DNA from: Candidatus Nanogingivalaceae bacterium
Lineage (GTDB): Bacteria > Patescibacteriota > Saccharimonadia > Saccharimonadales > Saccharimonadaceae
DNA: 32,000 nt
Direction: 5' to 3'
Assembly (NCBI GenBank): GCA_015257795.3
Contig: CP072208.2
Location: forward strand, 360,001 to 392,000
Shown: one piece after another, positions 11,925 to 19,145 of the stretch
Layout: each line of letters starts with the position of its first letter
How positions within the stretch are numbered: the stretch's first letter is position 1
Notes under the pieces: generated by a model
Databases searched by the model: none
Seen by the model: only the letters and a program-made list of their open reading frames with translations
What the model was told of the DNA's origin: nothing
Translations under genes and position numbers: made by a program

Positions 11925-11952
11925 TTTCGAAATTTTGCCATCAATTTCGAAG
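11925..11952 (-). repeat. Inverted repeat built from two TTCGAA palindromes in the rpoB leader
   Basis: TTCGAAATT (11926..11934) and AATTTCGAA (11943..11951) are exact reverse complements separated by 8 nt. The two TTCGAA cores are 20 bp apart. Confidence 0.6.
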
Positions 11953-11988
11953 TATTTTTTCCCACAGACACACTACTTCTTGTAGCCC

Positions 11989-12017
11989 ATTCTAACATAT
12001 TTATCAAAAAAAATCAA
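11989..12017 (-). promoter_or_regulatory. Putative promoter of rpoBC (leader about 115-120 nt)
   Basis: Reverse strand reads TTGATT-N17-TGtTAGAAT (-35 at 12012..12017, -10 at 11989..11994). It overlaps the U-tract of the upstream terminator. Confidence 0.55.
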
Positions 12018-12042
12018 TAAAAAAACCACTTAAAAAGTGGTT
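12010..12042 (-). terminator. Rho-independent terminator of the 47-aa ORF
   Basis: AACCACT / ttttа-type 5-nt loop / AGTGGTT (12024..12042). On the reverse strand it is followed by TTTTTTTATTGATTTTTTTT. Confidence 0.75.
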
Positions 12043-12049
12043 ATACAAA

Positions 12050-12193
12050 TTACATTCGAGGTACTAAGGAGGCTGTTTCCTCTACTTTTAGAGCTGCTTG
12101 CTCTCCTTCAATCATTTCTCGATTTTTCTTTTCGCTAATCACTTCAGAATTAGCATGCTTAATTACTTCAGTCATTCTCTTTACTACTGTCAT
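12050..12193 (-). CDS. Unannotated small hydrophilic protein (47 aa), unknown function
   Basis: Below the 60-aa cut-off of the ORF track. My translation is MTVVKRMTEVIKHANSEVISEKKNREMIEGEQAALKVEETASLVPRM*. GGGGGTG SD lies 5 nt before the ATG. It has its own near-consensus promoter and a canonical terminator. Confidence 0.55.
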   Translation of the reverse strand: MTVVKRMTEVIKHANSEVISEKKNREMIEGEQAALKVEETASLVPRM

Positions 12194-12232
12194 AATTTCA
12201 CCCCCTACATTTTTTTGCTCGAAAGCTTAAAT

Positions 12233-12261
12233 ATTCTACACCTTTTTCAATAAAAAGTCAA
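12233..12261 (-). promoter_or_regulatory. Putative promoter of the 47-aa ORF
   Basis: Reverse strand reads TTGACT-N17-TAGAAT (-35 at 12256..12261, -10 at 12233..12238). It is back-to-back with the plus-strand promoter at 12268..12296. Confidence 0.6.
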
Positions 12262-12267
12262 CCCTTA

Positions 12268-12296
12268 TTGATTTTTTATTGAATTTATGGTATTAT
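12268..12296 (+). promoter_or_regulatory. Putative promoter of the secreted-protein gene
   Basis: TTGATT-N17-TGgTATTAT (-35 at 12268..12273, -10 at 12291..12296). Confidence 0.55.
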
Positions 12297-12373
12297 ATAG
12301 TTGTTAAATAATTATTTATGCACCTTGAAATTTTGCTTTTAGCTGTTTTTTGAGTGCATTAGAAGGACTTAAA

Positions 12374-12991
12374 ATGAAGAAAAAATATGTCTTTTTAGTG
12401 CTCTTCGTAGCGCTATTTTCGTTTTCAACATACTCTACTACAAGTAGAGCTTTTGCGCAAGAACGCAAAAATAACACCACTCAAGTTAGCTTCAAAGACT
12501 ATTTCGAAAAAGGTAAATCTTTCTCGAAAGATAAGTGGGGCAAATTTAAGAAAAACAGAGATGAATATTTCGCTGAGCCGTTTGAAGCAAAAGGGTTAAC
12601 CTTTACAGATGTAAATGGCCAAAAAATTGATAAAGTATACTTTTCAATCTCAACGAAATTAAGAATTCACCCGTTGATTAAGCTCGTAGACGAAGATGGA
12701 AAGGATATCACAAATTGTGCCTACGATGCACAAAGCACAGGATCTGAATTCAGATTCATTGATATTATCGGCCGCTCTCGTGCGGAAACTCCTTATGCTG
12801 CAGGCGTAAATATTTTATTGCCAAATGGGCAATATTATGTTTTGGCACAGCGTATCCCTAAGAGTGGAGATAATTCAGAAGAACAAATTTGGCCTGTCCC
12901 TGTTTCAAAAACAGAATGGAATCGACTAAAAGCTCTGAAAAAATCCGCCATTGGCGAAAAAGTTACACCAATTGACGGATATAGCTATTAA
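12374..12991 (+). CDS. Secreted protein of unknown function (205 aa, Sec signal peptide)
   Basis: The track ORF is trimmed to the ATG at 12374, which follows an AGAAGGA SD. The N-terminus MKKKYVFLVLFVALFSFSTYSTTSRAFA/QE is a classic signal peptide with an AxA cleavage site. I recognise no family in the mature part. Confidence 0.8.
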   Translation: MKKKYVFLVLFVALFSFSTYSTTSRAFAQERKNNTTQVSFKDYFEKGKSFSKDKWGKFKKNRDEYFAEPFEAKGLTFTDVNGQKIDKVYFSISTKLRIHPLIKLVDEDGKDITNCAYDAQSTGSEFRFIDIIGRSRAETPYAAGVNILLPNGQYYVLAQRIPKSGDNSEEQIWPVPVSKTEWNRLKALKKSAIGEKVTPIDGYSY

Positions 12992-13018
12992 TAGTCTCGT
13001 TCGCGAGGCTATTTTTCT
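12992..13018 (+). terminator. Terminator of the secreted-protein gene, overlapping the clpP stop (convergent genes)
   Basis: TAGTCTCG / ttcg / CGAGGCTA (one G-U pair) followed by TTTTTCTTGTTT. Confidence 0.6.
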
Positions 13019-13611
13019 TGTTTAATTATTTTATCAACCAAACCGTATTCAACAGCTTCTTCAGCACTCATCCAATAATCTCGCTCCATATCATTTTTGA
13101 GCTTTTCGAAATCCTGACCAGTGTTTTTCGAAAGAATTTTCGCAAGCTTCTCCTTTAAAAGTAGCCCTTCGCGCAAATCAATTTCTTGATCGGTAATTTT
13201 TCCGCGCGTACCACTTGAAGGCTGGTGAATCATCACTCGAGCGTTTGGTAGTACTGCACGTTTACCTTTTGCACCCGCCGAAAGCAAAAATGCACCCATT
13301 GAAGCCTGCAAGCCAATCCCTATCGTTTGAACATCAGGCTTAATAAAATTCATCGTATCGTAAATCGCCAAACCATCATACACACTCCCGCCTGGGCTAT
13401 TTATATAAAGCTTAATATCTTCGTCTGGGTTTTCATACGCTAAATGAAGAAGTTGCGCCACCACAACATTTGCCGTATGCGAATTTACCTCTTCACCCAA
13501 AAAAATCACACGCTCATTTAGAAGCCGCGAATAAATATCAAACGCACGCTCGCCTCTATTTGTTTCTTCAACTACAGTTGGCACTAAATAGCTTTTTAAA
13601 TTATCTTTCAT
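13009..13611 (-). CDS. clpP: ATP-dependent Clp protease proteolytic subunit
   Basis: 200 aa with the catalytic Ser ([11 protein letters not shown]), His (MIHQP) and Asp ([11 protein letters not shown]) contexts. AAGGAG SD. It starts 9 nt after the clpC stop. Confidence 0.95.
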   Translation of the reverse strand: MKDNLKSYLVPTVVEETNRGERAFDIYSRLLNERVIFLGEEVNSHTANVVVAQLLHLAYENPDEDIKLYINSPGGSVYDGLAIYDTMNFIKPDVQTIGIGLQASMGAFLLSAGAKGKRAVLPNARVMIHQPSSGTRGKITDQEIDLREGLLLKEKLAKILSKNTGQDFEKLKNDMERDYWMSAEEAVEYGLVDKIIKQEK

Positions 13612-13619
13612 ATTTCTCC

Positions 13620-16106
13620 TTATTCTTTCGAAATTTCAATCTTAATTTCGCCCTTTCGCATAGCCGCAATAAATTGGGTTCCTTCTGGTGGATTTTTGTC
13701 TAAGATTTCTTCAGCCAAAGGGCATTCAAGTAGATCCTCAATTGTTCGCCGAAGCGGTCTTACGCCATTTTTACTATCATAACCCTTTTCGATAATCCTA
13801 TCTTTAACAGCTTTTCGAACTTTTAAGTTCAAACCTTTTCTCAACAAACGATTGTTTAAATCAGCTAGAAGTAATTCAAAGATTTGACCAATTTCCTTTT
13901 TCGAAAGCGGCTTGAATGTAATTATTCCATCAAAACGATTTAAGAGCTCGGGTTTTAAGAATTTCGAAAGCGCTTTTTTAGTTAATTTCTTGTTTTTAGA
14001 GTGGCTTTTTTCTAACGAATTTTCCGCTTCAAAACCGAGTGAATTTTCACGCATAATTTCATTCGCACCAAGATTACTTGTTAATATAATCACTGTATTT
14101 TTAAATGAAACTTTTCGGCCTTGCGAATCCGTCAATTCACCATCTTCTAAAAGCTGTAAAAGCAAGTTAAAAACATCAGGATGCGCTTTCTCAATCTCAT
14201 CAAAAAGCACTACAGAATATGGCTGTCGGCGAATTTTTTCGGTTAAAGTTCCACCCTCTCCGTAGCCAACATAGCCAGCAGGCGCGCCTAAAAGCTGCGA
14301 AGTTTTATGCTTTTCGCCAAACTCGCTCATATCGATTTTAATCAATGATTTCGAACCGCCAAAAACTTCCTCGGCAAGCTGGCGCGAAAGTTCAGTTTTT
14401 CCGACACCACTTGGACCAAGAAAAATAAACGAACCAATTGGGCGATTTTCATCCGATAGCCCAGACTTATTACGCCGAATCGCTTTCGAAATTTGCTCAA
14501 TCGCCTCACTTTGCCCAATCACCTTTTTCGAAAGATGCTTTTCGAGATTTTTTAGGACTTTTGCTTGATTTTTCGAAATCTTCCGCACGGGAATATTTGT
14601 TTTAAGTGAAATCGCCTTCGCAACCAAATCACTTGTTAAGATCATTTTTTTCGTTTTACTGCGTCTCTTTTTCTCTTCAGTAATCTTTTTTTCAAGCTGC
14701 AAAATTCGTGATTCATAAATTGGAACCAAATCTTTTTCACTAAATTCAGCTATCATTTTCTTCTTTTTTAGTTCGTCAATTTCATGCAAATAATTGACAA
14801 TTTTATTCGAATGTAGAGAATTTTTGCTTACAAGCAACGCGCTAGCTTCATCTAAAGTATCAATCGCTTTATCTGGCATTTGGCGATCAAAAACATACCG
14901 CGCGCTCATATCAACAATTTCGCTTAAAATTTCATCAGAAATCACAACGCCGTGATATTTTTCATATTTTTCACGCAAACCTTTAAGAATTTCAAGCGTA
15001 TCTTTTAAGCTCGGTTCATCAACTCGAATAGACTGAAAACGTCGAGTTAATGCAGAATCCTTTTCTATTGTTTTCTTGTATTCGTCAAAAGTTGTCGCAC
15101 CAATTAACTTGATTCTACCTCGAGCAAGCGCCGGTTTCAAAATATTTGCCGCATCCATTGCACCATCCGCCGAACCAGTTCCTGTTAACAAGTGTATTTC
15201 ATCGATAAATGCAATAATTTCTTGATGTTTTTCAAGCGCACTAATTACATTCTTCAAGCGCTCCTCAAACTGGCCTCGGAATTTCGTACCAGCCAACATT
15301 CCCGCAAGATCAATTTCGAAAATCTTTTTATTCACTAACTGATGTGGAACTTTTCCGCTCGCAATTTTTTGCGCCAAAAGTTCAACTACTGCCGTTTTTC
15401 CAACACCCGCCTCACCAATCAAAACTGGGTTTGATTTTGTGCGCCTTAATAAAATTGTAATCAACCGCTGTACTTCAATTTCTCGACCAATAACCGGATC
15501 AAGCTCACCATCTTTGGCTTTTTGAGTTAAATCTTCACCAAATTTTTTCAAAAGTGTTATTTCTCGCCCACTTTGCTGTTTTGGAATTGTTTCAGTTTCT
15601 GTTATCGAATTAAAAACATTCCTAATATTATCATCAGCGCCTTCATTTGCCATTTCTTCATCCAAAATCGCTGAAAGCCCCTCGACATCTGTTCCAATTT
15701 TTCGAAGCATCACCTGAAGTTGTAAGTTTTTCTGTTTAATTATCGAAAAAAGAAGATTTTTAGTAGTAATTTCTTCAGAATTACCAGAAACCAAACTTGC
15801 CATTTTTATCGCAAAAGCCGCTCGATCGGTTAAAATTCTCATATTTGGATCTTCTGGCGCAGGTATTCTATGTTTCGAAAGCGGGCTTTCAACTAAAAAA
15901 TCATATACATTTTCAAACTTTAAATTGTGGCGATATGCTAAAAGCGTCGCTGAAGATTCGCGATTATCCAGAATTCCCAACAAAACGTGCTCAATTCCAA
16001 TATAGCCCGTTTTAAATTCACGCGAATAAAACTCCGCACGCTCCAGACTTTTTTGTGCGTTTTCGCTCATTCTTGCAATAATTTCTTGAAAATCTTCAGG
16101 ATTCAT
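13620..16106 (-). CDS. clpC: Clp protease ATP-binding subunit, ClpC-type (double AAA+)
   Basis: Clp_N repeats at the N-terminus, Walker A GEAGVGKT and GPSGVGKT, and an LGF ClpP-docking loop (ENSLGFEA). I prefer the ATG at 16106 (MNPEDFQ...) because the 18 nt of the longer track version (start 16124) spell TGGTATAAT. The start could still be 16124. Confidence 0.9.
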   Translation of the reverse strand: MNPEDFQEIIARMSENAQKSLERAEFYSREFKTGYIGIEHVLLGILDNRESSATLLAYRHNLKFENVYDFLVESPLSKHRIPAPEDPNMRILTDRAAFAIKMASLVSGNSEEITTKNLLFSIIKQKNLQLQVMLRKIGTDVEGLSAILDEEMANEGADDNIRNVFNSITETETIPKQQSGREITLLKKFGEDLTQKAKDGELDPVIGREIEVQRLITILLRRTKSNPVLIGEAGVGKTAVVELLAQKIASGKVPHQLVNKKIFEIDLAGMLAGTKFRGQFEERLKNVISALEKHQEIIAFIDEIHLLTGTGSADGAMDAANILKPALARGRIKLIGATTFDEYKKTIEKDSALTRRFQSIRVDEPSLKDTLEILKGLREKYEKYHGVVISDEILSEIVDMSARYVFDRQMPDKAIDTLDEASALLVSKNSLHSNKIVNYLHEIDELKKKKMIAEFSEKDLVPIYESRILQLEKKITEEKKRRSKTKKMILTSDLVAKAISLKTNIPVRKISKNQAKVLKNLEKHLSKKVIGQSEAIEQISKAIRRNKSGLSDENRPIGSFIFLGPSGVGKTELSRQLAEEVFGGSKSLIKIDMSEFGEKHKTSQLLGAPAGYVGYGEGGTLTEKIRRQPYSVVLFDEIEKAHPDVFNLLLQLLEDGELTDSQGRKVSFKNTVIILTSNLGANEIMRENSLGFEAENSLEKSHSKNKKLTKKALSKFLKPELLNRFDGIITFKPLSKKEIGQIFELLLADLNNRLLRKGLNLKVRKAVKDRIIEKGYDSKNGVRPLRRTIEDLLECPLAEEILDKNPPEGTQFIAAMRKGEIKIEISKE

Positions 16107-16112
16107 ACTCTT

Positions 16113-16121
16113 ATTATACCA
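16113..16121 (-). promoter_or_regulatory. Extended -10 element placed 6 nt before the clpC ATG (leaderless geometry)
   Basis: Reverse strand reads TGGTATAAT-aagagt-ATG. There is no good -35 and no SD. Confidence 0.4.
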
Positions 16122-16188
16122 CATCTTAGCAACCTAATACTTAAACGACTTACCTCTTTTTATTTTTTGATACAGTTTTGGAGCTTAT

Positions 16189-16217
16189 TTGACTTTTATT
16201 CTTTTTTTGTATATAAT
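16189..16217 (+). promoter_or_regulatory. Putative promoter of ogt
   Basis: TTGACT-N17-TATAAT (consensus apart from 1 nt). The ATG is 12 nt after the -10 and has no SD. Confidence 0.6.
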
Positions 16218-16229
16218 TACTGTATTAAA

Positions 16230-16736
16230 ATGTGTGAACTGAAATTATCTAAAATTCAAACCCCTTTGGGTGAAATGATTGCAATTGCGAATGAAGACGC
16301 ATTAGTTTTTTTGGAATTTCAAGACAACGATAATTTCGAAAAAGATCTTGAGCAAATTAAAGATTTTTTCGAAACAACTGAAATTCCTGAAGGCGAAAAT
16401 TTGCCTATAAAACAAATTCGCGCCGAACTTGAAGATTATTTCAAACACCCTTTTGCCGGCTTTCAAACACCTATCGAGATGATTGGCACAGATTTTCAAA
16501 AACAAGTTTGGGAAGAAATTCGAAACGTTCGATCAGGCTCAACTACAACTTATTCAGAAATTGCCGAAAAAATCGAAAATCCAAATGCAATCCGCGCAGT
16601 TGGTAATGCTCTAAACGCCAATAAACTTTCAATAATTATTCCTTGTCATCGAGTTCTCACTAAAGACATGGATTTTGGCGGCTACAATAGCGGACAAAAT
16701 CGCAAAAGCTGGCTACTTCAACATGAAGGAATTTAA
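16230..16736 (+). CDS. ogt: Methylated-DNA--protein-cysteine methyltransferase (O6-alkylguanine repair)
   Basis: The track ORF is trimmed to the ATG at 16230 (MCELKLSKIQTPLGEM...). It has the active-site IIPCHRV motif, the helix-turn-helix TYSEIAEKI and the NALNANKLSIIIPCHRVL block. The upstream 81 codons overlap clpC and the promoter. Confidence 0.9.
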   Translation: MCELKLSKIQTPLGEMIAIANEDALVFLEFQDNDNFEKDLEQIKDFFETTEIPEGENLPIKQIRAELEDYFKHPFAGFQTPIEMIGTDFQKQVWEEIRNVRSGSTTTYSEIAEKIENPNAIRAVGNALNANKLSIIIPCHRVLTKDMDFGGYNSGQNRKSWLLQHEGI

Positions 16737-16737
16737 A

Positions 16738-16768
16738 AAACGCTCATTACTGAGCGTTTATTTTTTTA
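16738..16768. terminator. Bidirectional terminator between ogt and the GalU-like gene (convergent)
   Basis: AAACGCTCA / ttac / TGAGCGTTT (9 bp), flanked by an A-run upstream and ATTTTTTT downstream. Confidence 0.75.
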
Positions 16769-17719
16769 CTAGAGGCTTTCGATATCTTCACTTCTTTCTT
16801 CGAGGTCTTCAGTAAATTTTACCCCATCTTCTCCCAACATCATCATTGTAGCAATCGTTAGAGCATAGTCATAACAATTCCCAATATCGCAATACAATCC
16901 GTTAATTCGAACTGCATAGAATTTCATTCCATCATTCATTGCATTTTGTACAGGAATCTGATACATCAACTCACCGTTTCCGTCAAAATTTTCCGCATAA
17001 TCACTCATATATTTAATGAGTTCATTTTCGAAAATTGCTCCACGAACACTTGCGAGCTCGCTTTTAGCCTTTTCAAAACCTGGTTTTTCGTCGATTTTTT
17101 CAACTTCTAAAACCAAATTATCGTTTTTGTCTCGCGGACGATGAATGATTTCACCCACAACAATTGCATATTTTCCATACTCATCGTCGTTCCGCACTTG
17201 CTTAACCGGCAGAATGCTTCCGCCAAACTTCTCGTAAGCTTCGAAGATTTGCTCGAATTCATTTTTACCAACTGTTGCAAAGTTGTCGTCTGGGAAAAAG
17301 TAAGCAAAATCGCTTTCACCGATGAAATCAATAACTTCAGGTGTGCTGAGTGGAGCTTGATTACCATAGAATTCGCAATCTTGTTGGATAAATTTCGCCG
17401 GAGCTAAAAATTCAACCTGTTCAACTTTTTCAGCAAAATCATGTTTACCCTTGCTTCGAAGCTCTTCAACAATTGCTTTTTTACTTTCGAAAACACTTTT
17501 TATTGAAGTTTTTTCAGGGCTAATAACAATCGCAACGTTCTTTGTGAGTATTCCAGCCTGAACCAGCTTCTTCATCAAAACCACAATTGAATTTTGTAGG
17601 TAGCCCTCAAAGGGTATTGGTAGTAATTCTTTGGCAACTTCTGTGGTTGCTGGTAATGCACGCGTACCATTTCCTGCTGCAGGAATGATAACTTTCAATT
17701 CTTCACGTTTCTTTCGCAT
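16769..17719 (-). CDS. Nucleotidyltransferase, divergent UTP--glucose-1-phosphate uridylyltransferase (GalU)-like
   Basis: 316 aa. The N-terminus VIIPAAGNGTRALPATTEVAKELLPI follows the GalU pattern IPAAGxGTRxLPxTKxxPKExLPI. Later blocks (FFPDDNF, VEKIDEKP, YCDIGN) are collinear with GalU, but several signature residues differ. GGAGG SD. Confidence 0.7.
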   Translation of the reverse strand: MRKKREELKVIIPAAGNGTRALPATTEVAKELLPIPFEGYLQNSIVVLMKKLVQAGILTKNVAIVISPEKTSIKSVFESKKAIVEELRSKGKHDFAEKVEQVEFLAPAKFIQQDCEFYGNQAPLSTPEVIDFIGESDFAYFFPDDNFATVGKNEFEQIFEAYEKFGGSILPVKQVRNDDEYGKYAIVVGEIIHRPRDKNDNLVLEVEKIDEKPGFEKAKSELASVRGAIFENELIKYMSDYAENFDGNGELMYQIPVQNAMNDGMKFYAVRINGLYCDIGNCYDYALTIATMMMLGEDGVKFTEDLEERSEDIESL

Positions 17720-17771
17720 ATCTAAATGCCTCCTTTTTTAAGTACTTTGGTTGCCCAAAGCCAATGTAACA

Positions 17772-17800
17772 ATTATAACATAAGAAAAGCTAGCAGTCAA
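17772..17800 (-). promoter_or_regulatory. Putative promoter of the GalU-like gene, nested in the nusA terminator
   Basis: Reverse strand reads TTGACT-N17-TATAAT. The -35 (17795..17800) lies in the loop and descending arm of the nusA terminator hairpin. A small CTTTGG-gcaa-CCAAAG hairpin sits in the leader. Confidence 0.6.
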
Positions 17801-17814
17801 CCCCTGCTAGCTTT
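17780..17814 (-). terminator. Rho-independent terminator of nusA
   Basis: 11-bp stem AAAGCTAGCAG / 7-nt loop / CTGCTAGCTTT (17786..17814). On the reverse strand it is followed by TTTTCTTATGTT. Confidence 0.75.
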
Positions 17815-17821
17815 CAAGGTT

Positions 17822-19018
17822 TTATTGATCTTCACCACCAAACTTTTCCCGATCACTTTCGTCACCATCAAGATTTTCAACAACTTCACTCTCAGTTGCC
17901 TCGTTTAAAGCGTTAAACAATCCATCTTCAACATTTCCACGAGTTTTCTTTTCAGCGGGTTTAGCAAGCTCAATATCAAGCTCATACCCAGTTAATCGAC
18001 TTGCAAGACGAACATTTTGACCTGCACGACCAATCGCAATACTTTGTTGATCTTCATTAACAAGCACTGTTGCACGTTTTTTCTCATTTTCGCCAGTAGG
18101 TTTGATTTGAACTTCAATAACCTCGGCTGGGTTTAGAGCTTCACGAATAAATTCACTTGGGTTTTCACTCCATGTAATAATATCGATTTTTTCGCGCTCA
18201 CCAATCTCATTCATAACCGATTGAACACGTACTCCACGACTACCAACGAATGTTCCAACTGGATCAACGCCACTCATCATTGAGCGAACAGCCATTTTTG
18301 TTCGACGACCAGCCTCACGAGCAATTCCCACAATTTCAACCATTCCAGTTTCAAGCTCAGGAACCTCTTGCTCAAAAAGATTTTCAACAAATTTAGCATC
18401 TGCACGAGAAAGAATTAATTCTGGCGCACGACCTTCACGCTCAATCTCTTTAATCAAAACTTTAACTCGTTGACCAACACTAAAGTATTCACCGTTGATT
18501 TGTTCACGAAGTGGCATAACTCCAGTCGCTTTACCAAGATCAATTCGAACAAATCGTTGGTCAATTTTCGAAACAGATCCACTTACAATCGTACCAACCT
18601 TATCTTCATATTCCTCAAGAATGATTTCACGTTCAGCTTCACGAAGCCGTTGCAACACAACTTGTTTTGCAGTTTGTGCAGCAACTCGACCGAAAGTTTC
18701 AACAGGAAATTTCTCTTCAACAATTTCACCAACTTCAGCATTTGGATCAAGTTCTTTTGCATCTTCAAGCGAAATTTCGTTATTAATATTGTAAGCTTCC
18801 TCACCATCAACAACTTCATATTGAACAAAAACTTCCGCATCACCAGTTTCAGTATTAAGCTCAGCACGAACATTCTGGTCGCGATTTCCGTTCTCGCGGC
18901 GCCAAGCGGCAGCGATTGCCATTTCAATAACTTCTAGAACTTTTTCTTCAGGCAAGTTCTTTTCAGCAGCAATGTTTTTTGCAGCTAACATCATTTGTTT
19001 AACATTCAAATCTTCCAT
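17822..19018 (-). CDS. nusA: Transcription termination/antitermination factor NusA
   Basis: 398 aa with an N-terminal RNAP-binding domain, S1 (GTIVSGSVSKID..VRIDLG) and KH1/KH2 (GIAREAGRRTKMAV, AIGRAGQNVRLASRLTG), plus an acidic tail. AAAGGA SD. Confidence 0.95.
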   Translation of the reverse strand: MEDLNVKQMMLAAKNIAAEKNLPEEKVLEVIEMAIAAAWRRENGNRDQNVRAELNTETGDAEVFVQYEVVDGEEAYNINNEISLEDAKELDPNAEVGEIVEEKFPVETFGRVAAQTAKQVVLQRLREAEREIILEEYEDKVGTIVSGSVSKIDQRFVRIDLGKATGVMPLREQINGEYFSVGQRVKVLIKEIEREGRAPELILSRADAKFVENLFEQEVPELETGMVEIVGIAREAGRRTKMAVRSMMSGVDPVGTFVGSRGVRVQSVMNEIGEREKIDIITWSENPSEFIREALNPAEVIEVQIKPTGENEKKRATVLVNEDQQSIAIGRAGQNVRLASRLTGYELDIELAKPAEKKTRGNVEDGLFNALNEATESEVVENLDGDESDREKFGGEDQ

Positions 19019-19045
19019 TTTATCCTTTCAAAACATTTTCTTATG

Positions 19046-19067
19046 AAAAATGCCGACCCGCTGGCCG
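19046..19067 (-). promoter_or_regulatory. GC-rich hairpin plus U-run in the nusA leader (possible attenuator)
   Basis: Reverse strand reads CGGCC-agcg-GGTCG (one G-U pair) followed by gcATTTTT. It lies between the predicted nusA promoter and the SD. Confidence 0.4.
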
Positions 19068-19078
19068 ACTACTTTTTA

Positions 19079-19107
19079 ATTTTATCACAACCGGAACATT
19101 TCGTCAA
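19079..19107 (-). promoter_or_regulatory. Putative promoter of nusA
   Basis: Reverse strand reads TTGACG-N17-TGaTAAAAT (-35 at 19102..19107, -10 at 19079..19084). Confidence 0.6.
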
Positions 19108-19111
19108 GAAC

Positions 19112-19143
19112 AAAAAAATAAAAGCCTGCAAAATTTGCAAGCT
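19112..19143 (-). terminator. Terminator of the DUF1653-domain gene
   Basis: Reverse strand reads AGCTTGCA-aattt-TGCAGGCT (one G-U pair) followed by TTTATTTTTTTG. Confidence 0.6.
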
Positions 19144-19145
19144 TT

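Noticed and set aside
13912-16015. Plus-strand ORFs antisense to clpC (13912..14265, 15797..16015) and 13470..13703 across clpP/clpC
   Set aside because: They are antisense shadows within well-supported AAA+ and ClpP genes.
15987-16229. Long N-terminal extension of the ogt ORF (81 extra codons)
   Set aside because: The extension overlaps the clpC 5' end and the intergenic consensus promoter TTGACT-N17-TATAAT. Homology to Ogt begins at the ATG at 16230.
16125-16229. CtsR operator upstream of clpC
   Set aside because: Only a single GTCAAA half-site-like string is present (the reverse complement of the TTGACT -35 of ogt). The tandem heptad repeat (GGTCAAA-NAN-GGTCAAA) is absent.
18470-18937. 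Three overlapping ORFs (155, 99 and 114 aa) within nusA
   Set aside because: These are antisense or off-frame shadows of the GAA/AAA-rich nusA coding sequence, with no expression signals. NusA domain order is intact in the annotated frame.
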